DNA of 64,000 bases from Vulcanimicrobiota bacterium. GTDB lineage: Bacteria; Vulcanimicrobiota; Vulcanimicrobiia; Vulcanimicrobiales; Vulcanimicrobiaceae. The stretch is taken from positions 96,001 through 160,000 of the forward strand of contig CAVRQT010000003.1 of the NCBI GenBank assembly GCA_963723515.1, given 5' to 3'. A program made the translations under genes and the position numbers. Position 1 is the stretch's first letter. Each line of letters begins with the position of its first letter. Shown here one piece after another: positions 37,580 through 47,747 of this stretch. Under the pieces are notes generated by a model that was given only the letters and a program-made list of their open reading frames with translations, had not been told where the DNA came from and did not search any database.

Positions 37580-38701
37580 ATGACGCGCATAGCGACCTTC
37601 GATGACTGGGTCGATCTGCTGCGGCAATGGCAGCACGATATCGGGCTCGACCAGGAACTGGTCGAGCGCTACATGCCCGGCTACGAATTTGAAGCCAAAT
37701 ACGGCGAATTGCCGACAGACGAGATCACCTTCGGTGAGTTTGCCGGCGAGCGCAAGTGGGAGAAAGTCCTGGAGATTCCCGATCAGCGCATGCGCGATGC
37801 CGTCTTGAACATGGTCGTCTATCAGGGCGATACGGAGTTCGCTTCCAACGAGCAGCAGCGTTTTCTCGTCAACAACGCGCCCAGCGAGTACGATCTTGCT
37901 TCGCTCGTTCGCATCATGGTCGAAGAGACGCGCCATGGCTATCAGATGTGCCATCTGATGATCAAGCACTTTGGCGAAGACGGCAAAATAGAAGCGCAAA
38001 AGATGCTCGAACGGCGTGCTTACGGCAAGAAGAACCGCTTGCTGAATGCCTTCAATGACGACGTGACGCATTGGCTCGATTTCTTCGCGTATACGAATTT
38101 CATGGATCGCGACGGAAAATTCCAGTTGACGATGCTCTCGCACTCCGGCTTTGCGCCGTTGGCGCAATCGATGGGCCCCATGCTTCGCGAAGAGTCCTTT
38201 CACATGGGAACGGGAGTCTCGGGTTTGAAGCGGATCGCGCAAGCCGGCGTCATTCCGGTTGAGCTGCAGCAGAAGTACTACAACAAGTGGCTCTCGGGTT
38301 CACTCGACCTCTTTGGAACGGACCACTCGAGTTCCGCGCAATGGGCGTATGCCTGGGGCATTAAGGGGCGCGTCGATGAGGACAAGACGCAAGACCAGGT
38401 CGACCGCGAGCATTTGAATGAACGCGCCCGCGCGCAGTTCTACGACGAGGCCTCCAAGACGGTCGAGAGGGTCAATAGCGTCAATCCGTCGCCGACGAAG
38501 TTGTACATTCCGGATTTGCGCTTCAATCGTGAAATCGGGGAATTCGCCGGTCAGCGTTGGAGCGTTGATGGACGTCGCTTAACCGAAGAAGAGTGGCAAG
38601 CATACGCGCCGACGGTCCTTCCGAACGTACAAGATGAAGCGGCGCTCGCAGAACTTTTCAAGAGTCCGAATTGGATCGCACCGAAAGGAAAGGCAGCATG
38701 A
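37580..38701 (+). CDS. boxB: BoxB-like di-iron aromatic-acyl-CoA epoxidase (short form, 373 aa)
   Basis: GAGGAG RBS; QGDTEFAS.EQQR, APS.YD, EETRH, DRDGKFQL, LREESFH (two ExxH), DLFG. Confidence 0.8.
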   Translation: MTRIATFDDWVDLLRQWQHDIGLDQELVERYMPGYEFEAKYGELPTDEITFGEFAGERKWEKVLEIPDQRMRDAVLNMVVYQGDTEFASNEQQRFLVNNAPSEYDLASLVRIMVEETRHGYQMCHLMIKHFGEDGKIEAQKMLERRAYGKKNRLLNAFNDDVTHWLDFFAYTNFMDRDGKFQLTMLSHSGFAPLAQSMGPMLREESFHMGTGVSGLKRIAQAGVIPVELQQKYYNKWLSGSLDLFGTDHSSSAQWAYAWGIKGRVDEDKTQDQVDREHLNERARAQFYDEASKTVERVNSVNPSPTKLYIPDLRFNREIGEFAGQRWSVDGRRLTEEEWQAYAPTVLPNVQDEAALAELFKSPNWIAPKGKAA

Positions 38702-39594
38702 CCGTTCGACACGCAGCTCCCTTCGACAAGCTCAGGTGACAGCTCGGCAAGATCGGCGCGTAAGGAGACACCGTTCGGACGCGAGGGCCGGCCGCTCGAC
38801 GGCAAGCGTCTCATTAACTCTAGCCGCGAAGGGCACATCGCGCTGCATCGAGATGAACGACCCGCCCGCCAATACGTACACGCACGAGATGATGCGCCAG
38901 CTCGATGACGCGATTTTGGATGCGCGCTTCGACGATGAGGTCGAAGTGATCGTCGTGACGGGATCCGGTGAGAAGTTCTTCTCCGCCGGCGCCAACATCG
39001 GCATGCTTAACTCGCGTCACGCCACAGTTCAAGTACATGTTTTGCCTGCATGCCAACGAGACGCTCTGCCGATTCGAGCAGACGCCCAAACTCGTTATCG
39101 CGGCGCTCAACGGCCACACGGTCGGCGGCGGCCTCGAGATTGCAATGGCGTGCGACATTCGCATCGCGCGCAAGGACGCTGGCAAGATCGGTCTGCCCGA
39201 AGTCGCGCTCGGCGTGCTGCCTGGCACCGGCGGAACGCAACGCTTGGCGCGCCTTGTCGGAAAATCCAAAGCGATCGAGCTGATGGCGTCGGGCCGCACC
39301 TTTAGCTTCGAACAGGCGCTCGATTTTGGAATCGTCAACGAGATCTTCGAAGGCGATGCGCAGTCGTTTCGCGAGCAAGTGCTGAGCTACGCGAAGCAGT
39401 TCGCATCGCCCAACAAGGCGCCGATGGCGGTCGGACATATCAAGCGGAGCGTGCAAACGGGCATTGAACTGCCGCTCAACGATGCACTGGCGTTGGAACG
39501 CGAGCTGCAATCGCTGCTCTTCAAGAGCGAAGATGCAAAAGAAGGGCTCGCGGCCTATAACGAAAAGCGCGTTGCGCGCTTCAAAAACCGCTGA
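38698..39594 (+). CDS. Enoyl-CoA hydratase/crotonase family protein, frameshifted near 38705, 38845 and 39010
   Basis: ATGA overlap with boxB; DPPAN, FFSAGANI, GGGLEIAMACDIR, GLPEVALGVLPGTGGTQR, DAKEG..A..EKR. Confidence 0.85.
38719..38740 (+). repeat. REP-like unit inside the 5' end of the crotonase gene
   Basis: CCCTTCGACAAGCTCAGG shares the CTTCGACAAGCTCAG core. Confidence 0.8.
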
Positions 39595-39645
39595 TCGTCC
39601 GGCGAATGCTACACCGCGCACACGCTAGGGTCGCGTAGGATTACA

Positions 39646-41387
39646 ATGATCAATTTGAGCGCAATCATTGGCACGGCACTCTTAGCGGCCCAACTTGCCG
39701 CGGCGCCGGCGCCGCCGCTCCGTCCGTCAAGCGACGCGACGCTCAATGCCTTGGCGCAAGCCTATTTCGCTTACGCGTGGCGCGATAATCCGGTGCAGGC
39801 GACGAACGCCGGCGTGCATACGTACGACACGGCGCTTGGTTCGTACAGCGCGGCGGCGTATCGCGCGCGCATTGCGGCGGCCAAATCGTATCTGCGCGCG
39901 CTGCACGCGATCGACCGGCGTAAACTTTCTACCGAAGCCGGATACGACTATGCGATCTTTGAAAGCCGCCTCCGCGCGACGCTGCTCTCGCTTCGAAACG
40001 GAGCAGAGTTGGCGGCATCATCCAAGCCAATACACCGGCGCCGCCTCAAATGCGATCTTCTCGCTGATCAAGCGTGACTTTGCGCCGCTCGACGTGCGCC
40101 TGGGCGACGCAATCGCGCGAGAACGTCAAATTCCGAAGTTACTGGCAGACGGTGCGGCAAACATCACCACGGTCGATCCGACGACCGCGCAAATCGAAGC
40201 CGCCGACGTCAAAGGCGCGATCACGTTCTTCTCGACGATCGTTCCGCAAGCGTTTCACGAGCGTTAGCGATCCGCTGTTGCAAGCGCAGTTCAAGACGGC
40301 CAATGCGGCGACCATTGCGGCGATTGAGCGGTTCAGCGATCGAATGATGGCGGGACCATTCGCGCATCCCTCCGGCACTTATGCCATCGGAGCGAAAGAC
40401 TTTGCCGCCCGCCTAGCGTTGCAAGAGCTGACGCCGATTCCGCTCACTGAGTACGAGCGCGTCGGAATGCGCGCGTTGGACCAAACGAAGGCGCAATTTG
40501 TCGCGATCGCGCAGCAGATCGATCCAGCGAAGACGCCGCAGCAGGTTGCGGATGAAATCGGCGTCGACCATCCAACCGCGGATCAACTGCTTCCTGCGGC
40601 GCAGCGCGATCTTGACGATCTGCGCGCCTTTGTGATCCAACACCACATCGTGACGCTGCCGCCCGATTACAACATCAAGGTCGTTCCGACGCCGGTCTTC
40701 GCACGGCAGACCACCTTCGCATCGATGGATGCGCCGGGGCCATTAGAGACGGTGGCGACGCAAGCATACTATAACGTGACGCCCGTTGAACCGGATTGGT
40801 CGCCGCAGCGTGCCGAATCGCACCTAACGTTTTTCAACAATTACTACCGTCCGATCGTCGGCGCGCATGAGGTGATGCCCGGTCACTACGTCAATTTTAC
40901 GCTGAACCGGCACGAAAAGCTCTCGCTGATTCGCCGGCTCTTCGCAAGCCCGTCATATGCCGAAGGGTGGGCGCATTACGACGAGCAGATGATGGTCGAT
41001 GAAGGGTGGGGCAACGGCAATCCTAAGGTTCGTTTAGCGCAGCTTGAGGGCGCGCTCTTGCGAGAAGCCCGCTACATCGTTGGTTTGCGCGAGCATACGC
41101 AAGGCATGACCGTCGACCAAGCGACGCAATTCTTCATCGACAACGCCTTCGTCGGGCAAGAGCCGGCGCATCGCGAAGCGTTGCGCGGGACGCAGGATCC
41201 GCTTTATGGCTACTACACGCTCGGCAAACTCGAGCTGCTCAAACTGCGCGACGATTATCGTCGCAAGATGGGGGCCGCATATTCGCTGCAGCGCTTCCAT
41301 GACGCATTTCTTGCGCACGGCGATCCGCCGATCGCGATCACGCGAAAGGAATTGCTCGGCAAATCTGACGACGGCCGTTTGCTCTAG
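39646..41387 (+). CDS. DUF885-family secreted protein, frameshifted near 39995 and 40255
   Basis: Signal peptide; P..AT..GVH.YD, HEVMPGHY, YAEGWAHY.E, YTLGKL.LLKLR, FHDAFL. Confidence 0.85.
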
Positions 41388-41407
41388 GGAAGCGGCGGCG
41401 ACACGCT

Positions 41408-42139
41408 CTATGAAACGGACGTCGCGGTGAATTTCGGGCACAGCAGCGTGTCGATCGGATCGGTAGCGATCGAATCGAGATAGCCCTCGGGAATATTCAA
41501 TTCGAATGCCGACGGCCAAGGCGTCGCAGGCACCGGAAACTTGACCGGGATCCTGACATAGTGATACTCGCCGGTCGCCGTACGTAACTTCATAACGACG
41601 GAAAGCGATTCGATCGCCCTATCGGGCAGTTGCGGCATGAATTGCGCATAGTATGCGTCTTCATCTTTTTCGATCGTCGTTTGCAGCGGGATCGGATTTG
41701 AGATCGGCTGATTGCACGGCGCGTTTCGATCGAGTGCGACGAACTCGGGTTGCGCGTACGAGAATGCTGCCGGTGTGGTACCTGTCAAGAGCAACGGCAC
41801 TCCGCCAGGAGACGGGCCGCTTGCAAGGGTTTCTTTGATGTTCCGCAGTTGGTCCGGGATGAAGAAGACGAAATCAGAAGCGCTGCAGCCGTATTTCGGA
41901 ACGCTGACTTGCAGACGGTAGAGGCCGCGAGGCACATCAAACTCCACGACCGGCTCCTCGCCGTAGCCCCGATCCGCCGAATAGGTACGGTCGACTTGCG
42001 GCCGGCCGATTCGATCGCTCACGCGTACGTGCATCGCAAAGGCGGTTTGCGCCCTCAAGCGTGAAATCGGGCCACAGAGGCCAACGTGAAGCGCGACATG
42101 CGTTAGACCGTTCATCGAACCGCGCTCTCCGTTCGCCAT
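41408..42139 (-). CDS. Hypothetical protein
   Basis: Long beta-rich ORF immediately downstream of the ligase; start uncertain. Confidence 0.6.
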   Translation of the reverse strand: MANGERGSMNGLTHVALHVGLCGPISRLRAQTAFAMHVRVSDRIGRPQVDRTYSADRGYGEEPVVEFDVPRGLYRLQVSVPKYGCSASDFVFFIPDQLRNIKETLASGPSPGGVPLLLTGTTPAAFSYAQPEFVALDRNAPCNQPISNPIPLQTTIEKDEDAYYAQFMPQLPDRAIESLSVVMKLRTATGEYHYVRIPVKFPVPATPWPSAFELNIPEGYLDSIATDPIDTLLCPKFTATSVS

Positions 42140-42155
42140 CTCTAGGACGAACGCT

Positions 42156-43856
42156 TCACGATGCGGACGGTGACGCGATGCCTTCACGAGCGAGCATGGC
42201 GGTGTAGATCTCACGCACGCTTTCCAGCGTGTCGATCTCGTCAGGCGGTTTGTCATCACGGATCCGCACGATCCGGGGGAAACGCAGCGCAAAGCCGCTG
42301 TCATGCAAATCGCTTTCTTGAATGATGTCGAAGGCCACTTCCAAGACGACTCGCGGCTCAACGGGTATCGCACGTCGCCATCCGCGGCTCCGTGCTGGCG
42401 CTTCCGCAACCGTGTGAGACAAGAACCACTCCGTCAGGCGGGCGATCTCCGCATCCGTGAGACCTGAATATGCCTTTCCGATCGTCAGCAAGCGGCCGTC
42501 CTCTCCGCGAACCGCAAAGGTATAGTCGGAGAGCACGTTTGCGCGTTTCCCATGGCCCCACTCAACTCCAACGACGACAACGTCGAGCGTTGAGAGCTCG
42601 CGCTTGAGTTTTAGCCACCACTTTCCGCGCCGCCCGGGAAGGTACGGCGAATCGGCGCGCTTGAGCATCAACCCTTCATTGCCCCGTTGCCGTGCCGCCT
42701 CAAAATGCTCGTGCAGCTTCTCGGCGCCGGCCGCGCTCTCCCAAAGTGACCACGACGCGAGCTGCACATGGTCGCCGCCAACGGCGATCTCGGAGAGAAT
42801 CTCCCGGCGCATCGAAAGCGGCTCGTCGAGCAAGAAGCGTTCGTTCCGTGCGAGCAAGTCGAAACACGCGAACGTCACCGGTACCTCGGCAAGCAACCCC
42901 TGCGAGACGTCTTTGCGCTGCAATCTGGCTTGCAAGTAGCGGAACGGCAACACACGACCGTCTTTTTGTGCGATGATCTCGCCATCGAAAATCATCGAAC
43001 CGGAAATCTGCCGCGCGTCAGCGACGATCTCCGGATACGAATGCGCGACGTCGTTGAGCGTACGCGAGAAGATTCTGACGATATCGCCATGCTTGTGCAA
43101 CTGCGCGCGAATCCCGTCAAACTTATCTTCGAGGATCCATGGTGCTCCGCGCAGCTCCTTATAGGATGAGCCGTAAAGAATCGGGGACGCCAGCATGAAT
43201 CCGATCGGCGAGCCATATGCGACTGCGATTTCGTTAAGACGATGATGGCGCGCCGCGAGTGCGACCTCACCGATATCACCGCTCGCCATCACGGCACGCC
43301 GCACGTCGCGGCTTTCGCAATCGAAGGCTTTCGCAAGAGCGTCGATGACGAGACCCTCTTTGAGCCCGATGCGCAACTCGCCGGTCATAATCTTGATCGC
43401 GTATTTGGCTTCAAGTTGGCAGCGGCACGCGCGCAAGATGCGTTCGCAGAGCAACTGTCGTTTTCGTGAAGCGGCTTTTCCGGACGCGGCCGCGATTTGA
43501 TCCAAAATCACCTTTAAGGACGCGGGGTGGAGCGTTTCGCTAAAGAGTTCAGGCGTATCGCTCGGTTTGATGAGCGGCGCGAGAGCCGCACCGAGGTCGC
43601 CGTGGCGGCGATAGCCGTGAGCAAGTTCCGCCTCACCGACGTTCCACGCCGCACGAGCGGCCGCTACGATCGTGCTGCCGCCAAGCGAGAGCGCCCGCTG
43701 ATCGCGCGCTGCAAATGGATTGCCGGTGAAGAAGCGCGTTGCCGCGGCGAGATCGAGATCGTCAAGCTCGCGCAGGTAGCTTGCGAGCAAATCGATCTTC
43801 GCCAGCTTCGACGACGTCGCTGCGATCGCGTCAGCGGTCTGCGCGAATCGCAACAT
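42156..43856 (-). CDS. ATP-dependent DNA ligase
   Basis: EDKFDGIR (KxDG), DGEI, FDLL, EGLMLK, WLKLK, ALRFPRI.RIRDDK. Confidence 0.95.
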   Translation of the reverse strand: MLRFAQTADAIAATSSKLAKIDLLASYLRELDDLDLAAATRFFTGNPFAARDQRALSLGGSTIVAAARAAWNVGEAELAHGYRRHGDLGAALAPLIKPSDTPELFSETLHPASLKVILDQIAAASGKAASRKRQLLCERILRACRCQLEAKYAIKIMTGELRIGLKEGLVIDALAKAFDCESRDVRRAVMASGDIGEVALAARHHRLNEIAVAYGSPIGFMLASPILYGSSYKELRGAPWILEDKFDGIRAQLHKHGDIVRIFSRTLNDVAHSYPEIVADARQISGSMIFDGEIIAQKDGRVLPFRYLQARLQRKDVSQGLLAEVPVTFACFDLLARNERFLLDEPLSMRREILSEIAVGGDHVQLASWSLWESAAGAEKLHEHFEAARQRGNEGLMLKRADSPYLPGRRGKWWLKLKRELSTLDVVVVGVEWGHGKRANVLSDYTFAVRGEDGRLLTIGKAYSGLTDAEIARLTEWFLSHTVAEAPARSRGWRRAIPVEPRVVLEVAFDIIQESDLHDSGFALRFPRIVRIRDDKPPDEIDTLESVREIYTAMLAREGIASPSAS

Positions 43857-43882
43857 GGAACCGTACGCCGCGAGGTGCGGTG

Positions 43883-44560
43883 CTAGTGTTGGGCCACCGC
43901 CGTTTGCTGGATTGTATACTGCGTGAACATGGCATGCGCCGTCAACGCTTCGCCGGGCATGTCAATATTCACGTCACCACCGGCCGGAAGGCGATACCCT
44001 TGAGTCTGCGAGGGGTGAATGGTCAAGGTTATTGTGCCGTGAGCATACTGCATCGCAACCGTTCGCGTCGCATACCGTGAATCGAGCGTGACGATCGCCT
44101 GCACGAGCGGATTGGCGTCACGCCGGTCGCTCGTTTTTGGCCGAAGTGAAAACGTCGTCGAGCCTTGATGTTGACCGACAAGACGCACGGCGTACTGCTT
44201 TTGCCACATGCTCGGATCCAACGGCGAAAGGTCGATCGTGCGGAAGGCCGTTGCGAAAAACGGCATGTGCTCGAAGTTGACGTCATAGAGCTGACCGCGA
44301 ACATATTGACCGCTTCCATTTATGTGGAAGTGTAGCCAGGGAAAATGGCGCATTGCCATGGCGACGGTCATCTGAAACGTGTACGCATTGAGGCCGGCAT
44401 TGCGATTGCAAGCCGCCGCGAAGATCGATGTAGGTGCGATTGCGGCGCCCGCTTCGGCGTTTACAACAATCAAGACGGCGCTTACCGCCGCAACAGTCGC
44501 TCGCGCGGAATAAAGCCGCGCAAGCAAACGCTTGGTCTTGTTCGTCAGCGGAATAACCAT
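43883..44560 (-). CDS. Probable secreted hypothetical protein
   Basis: Hydrophobic N-terminal segment and beta-strand-rich body; between exonuclease and ligase. Confidence 0.65.
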   Translation of the reverse strand: MVIPLTNKTKRLLARLYSARATVAAVSAVLIVVNAEAGAAIAPTSIFAAACNRNAGLNAYTFQMTVAMAMRHFPWLHFHINGSGQYVRGQLYDVNFEHMPFFATAFRTIDLSPLDPSMWQKQYAVRLVGQHQGSTTFSLRPKTSDRRDANPLVQAIVTLDSRYATRTVAMQYAHGTITLTIHPSQTQGYRLPAGGDVNIDMPGEALTAHAMFTQYTIQQTAVAQH

Positions 44561-44619
44561 AAAAGAAATACTGCCGCTGATAGGATACCGTCTTTTGGCG
44601 TGAGTTAAGCGCCCGGCCG

Positions 44620-45642
44620 TTAGAGCAAAGTGAGCTGCGCGTTCTCCTCGAGATACTCTGCATCGATTCCGAGTCGCCGAAGGCGGAAAACGAAATCACG
44701 CCAGCCGTGGTTGAGCAAGACTTTGCTCGGCTGCGCAAGTTCGACGTATCGCAATAGCGCGGGGTAGTCGGCGTGATCCGATAACGGAAACGCGCGATCG
44801 ACTCCATAGCGAAAGATCGTGCCGCGGTCAACGGACCACCCGGTCAAGATGGCCGTCTTTGTCGTGTGCCGGCGTACGGTTTTTGGTAGCTCGCCGGACG
44901 GTGGCCAAACCAAGGCGGTTCCGCCGTCAAATCGCTGCGCGTCGTACCGTTCGTATGGCGGTAAAGGAACGCCGGCGTCTTCGTAGATCTTGCAGATCGA
45001 GTCGACGGCGCCGTGAACCGTTATCGGGATGCCGGCGTGGCCTAAGATTGCGATTGCCTCCTGCGCTTTGCCGAGCGAGTAGGCAAGGAATACCGGAACG
45101 CCGTCGCCCGCGAGCGTTTCATGCGCGAACGCGACGATTTGGGCCGCGACTTCAGCGCGCGGCGGAAAGGCGTATTGCGGGCGCCCGTACGTGCACTCCA
45201 TCAGCACGACGTCGCACCGCTTGACTTCAGGGGGTTCGGCGGTGTACGAGCGTTCAAGTTTGAAGTCGCCGGTATAAACAAACGAACCGCTCTCTCCCTC
45301 GATCAAAAGCTGCGAGCTCCCGAGCACGTGGCCGGCGGAAAACAACGTCAACCGATGGTCTGCGACTTCCCACGGTTCGTTGAACGCGTGTTCTTCAAAG
45401 TCGCACGCAGGGGTGCTTTTGCGAGCGGATTCGAGCAACGACTGCTGTGCCGACTGTCCGTTACGCCGCAAGAAACGCAAGCGGCAAATCTTCGCGCTGT
45501 TGATGGAGGTGACGATCGTTTCGTGCTCGCGAGCGTGGTCGGAGTGTCCGTGAGAGACGTAGCAGCGTTCGCGCGCCTTCATCGAATCGATCCAAAGGTC
45601 GAGCGCGCTTACATACAGCGATTTTTCGGTAACGCTGAACAT
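44620..45642 (-). CDS. Ligase-associated MBL/beta-CASP exonuclease
   Basis: SHGHSDHA (HxHxDH), [35 protein letters not shown]. Confidence 0.9.
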   Translation of the reverse strand: MFSVTEKSLYVSALDLWIDSMKARERCYVSHGHSDHAREHETIVTSINSAKICRLRFLRRNGQSAQQSLLESARKSTPACDFEEHAFNEPWEVADHRLTLFSAGHVLGSSQLLIEGESGSFVYTGDFKLERSYTAEPPEVKRCDVVLMECTYGRPQYAFPPRAEVAAQIVAFAHETLAGDGVPVFLAYSLGKAQEAIAILGHAGIPITVHGAVDSICKIYEDAGVPLPPYERYDAQRFDGGTALVWPPSGELPKTVRRHTTKTAILTGWSVDRGTIFRYGVDRAFPLSDHADYPALLRYVELAQPSKVLLNHGWRDFVFRLRRLGIDAEYLEENAQLTLL

Positions 45643-45714
45643 TGGGACGAACAGGTGTTTGGCCGCCTGCACGCCGGAAACCTGTGCGATGCGGAGCCTG
45701 TTAAAGAGCCCACT

Positions 45715-46683
45715 ATGGCACGAATCTATGAAAATATCACGGACACGTTCGGCAATACACCGCTCGTCAAGATTCCGCGGCTGACTCGCGCGCTTCAGGC
45801 GACCGTGCTGGTCAAGATGGAGTCGTTCAATCCGGCGGGTTCCGTCAAAGACCGTATCGGCGTTTCGATGATCGAGGCGGCTGAACGCGAGGGCCGGCTG
45901 CGCCCGAATACGACGATCGTCGAACCGACGAGCGGCAACACCGGGATCGCGCTCGCATTTGTGGCCGCCGCGAAAGGGTATCCATGCATTCTGACGATGC
46001 CCGATACGATGACGATCGAGCGGCGCAACCTGCTGCGCGCCTACGGTGCGCAAGTCGTGCTGACGCCGGGCGCTGAAGGCATGCCCGGCGCGATTCGCCG
46101 CGCACGTGAAATCGTCGCCAGCGATCCGGCGCGTTTCCACATGCCGGGGCAGTTTGAGAATCCCGCAAATCCCGAAATTCACCGCCGAACGACTGCTGAA
46201 GAAATTTGGCGCGACACGGACGGAAATATCGACGTGCTCGTCGCGGCGGTCGGAACCGGCGGCACGATCACCGGCGTGGCGGAAGTCATCCGCTCGCGGC
46301 GACCATCGTTTCAAGCGATCGCCGTCGAACCCGCCGGATCGCCCGTGCTTTCCGGAGGTGCGCCCGGCCCACACAAGATTCAAGGAACCGGCGCCGGCTT
46401 TGTGCCGCAAGTGCTCAACACGGAGATCTATGCCGAAGTCATCCGCGTCAGCGATCAAGACGCGATCGAAACGGCGCGTCGTGCGGCGCGCGAGGAAGGC
46501 ATGCTCGTCGGCATTTCGTCGGGTGCGAATCTGTGGGCTGCGCTCGAGGTCGCAAAGCGCGAGAAGATGCGAGGAAAAACGATCGTCACGATCGCGTGTG
46601 ATACGGGCGAACGGTATCTCTCGAATCCGCTCTTCGCCGATCAGGCGCCGCCCGTTCACGAAGCGACCCTGAGCCTGCCCTGA
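45715..46683 (+). CDS. cysK: Cysteine synthase A
   Basis: [48 protein letters not shown]. Confidence 0.95.
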   Translation: MARIYENITDTFGNTPLVKIPRLTRALQATVLVKMESFNPAGSVKDRIGVSMIEAAEREGRLRPNTTIVEPTSGNTGIALAFVAAAKGYPCILTMPDTMTIERRNLLRAYGAQVVLTPGAEGMPGAIRRAREIVASDPARFHMPGQFENPANPEIHRRTTAEEIWRDTDGNIDVLVAAVGTGGTITGVAEVIRSRRPSFQAIAVEPAGSPVLSGGAPGPHKIQGTGAGFVPQVLNTEIYAEVIRVSDQDAIETARRAAREEGMLVGISSGANLWAALEVAKREKMRGKTIVTIACDTGERYLSNPLFADQAPPVHEATLSLP

Positions 46684-46718
46684 GCTGGTCGAAAGCCTGC
46701 ACTGAGCTTGTCGAAGTG
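46673..46718 (-). repeat. Two REP-like units spanning the cysK stop and asparaginase start region
   Basis: 46695-46718 is the exact reverse complement of 5627-5650; 46673-46694 is a degenerate copy containing the cysK TGA. Confidence 0.9.
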
Positions 46719-46721
46719 GGT

Positions 46722-47742
46722 GTGAATGATGCGTTCGTCGAGATAACGCGCGGCCCGATCGTCGAATCGGCTCACGCCATTTGGGCGTGCGCCGTCGATC
46801 GAACCGGCACGCCGATCGTGCAAATGGGCGATATCGAAACGCCGGTCTACCTTCGCTCAAGCGCGAAACCGTTTATTGCAGCCGCAGCGGTCCGCGCCGG
46901 CGTCGTGCAACGCTTTGGCCTAGAACCACGCGAAGTTGCCGTCATGGCAGCGTCGCATTCCGGCGAGCCTTTCCACATCGATGCGGTGCGATCGATCTTG
47001 CGTAAGATCGGCTTGCCGGAATCCGCCTTACAATGCGGACCGCATCCGCCGTACAATGCGGCGGCGGCAAAGGAACTGGCCGATCGCGGTGAGCCGTTTA
47101 CGGCGATTCACAACAATTGCTCGGGCAAACATGCGGGCATCTTAGCGCTGTGCGTCCTTCTGAATTGCGATCCGGCGACATACATGCAGCCGGCGAACCC
47201 AGCGGAGCAGGAGATACTCGCCTTCTGCGCACGCATGACGGGCGATACCGTCGCAGATTTTCCCATCGGCGTAGACGGCTGCGGCATTCCGGTGTTCGCC
47301 GTTCCGGCACTGCACGGGGCGCGGGCGTTCATGCGATTGGCCACCCTGGAAGGCATCGATGCAGAGGATGCTCGGGCACTGGGTGCCGTGCGTGAAGCGA
47401 TGCTCGACTATCCTTTATATATCGCCGGAACGGATGAGTTTGATTCGGTCTTAATGGCGCAGTCGAATCGCACGATTGCCTGCAAAGGCGGAGCAGAAGC
47501 GGTTCACGGCGACGCCGTCATCTCCGAAGGGATCGGCTTGTTCGTCAAAGTGCGCGATGGAGGGCGTCGTGCCGTCGCGCCCACCGTTCTTGCGATCTTG
47601 GACGAACTCGAAGCGATCGCGCTGAACAGCGCATCCGGCGTTGGCGGATTTCGCGGCGCCGCCGATTCGAAATCGCGCCGGGCGAACCGTCGGGGAAACC
47701 CGCGTGAAGCGGGCGATGATTACGAAGACGCGAAAACCGTAA
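46722..47742 (+). CDS. L-asparaginase II (Rhizobium etli-type), frameshifted near 47625
   Basis: RG.IVES.H, RSSAKPF, ASHSGE, NNCSGKHAG, DGCG.P, KGGAE; shifted frame gives PIRNRAGRTVGE...TAA 47742. Confidence 0.85.
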
Positions 47743-47747
47743 GCACC

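Noticed and set aside
45643..45714. SAM or cobalamin riboswitch upstream of cysK/metH
   Set aside because: The gap is only 72 bp, shared with a divergent gene, and I see no recognisable aptamer; metH has a 5-bp gap upstream.
44620..46860. 746-aa minus ORF and 520-aa plus ORF overlapping each other
   Set aside because: The extensions are antisense read-through of cysK and of the exonuclease in GC-rich DNA; family motifs begin at 45642 (-) and 45715 (+).
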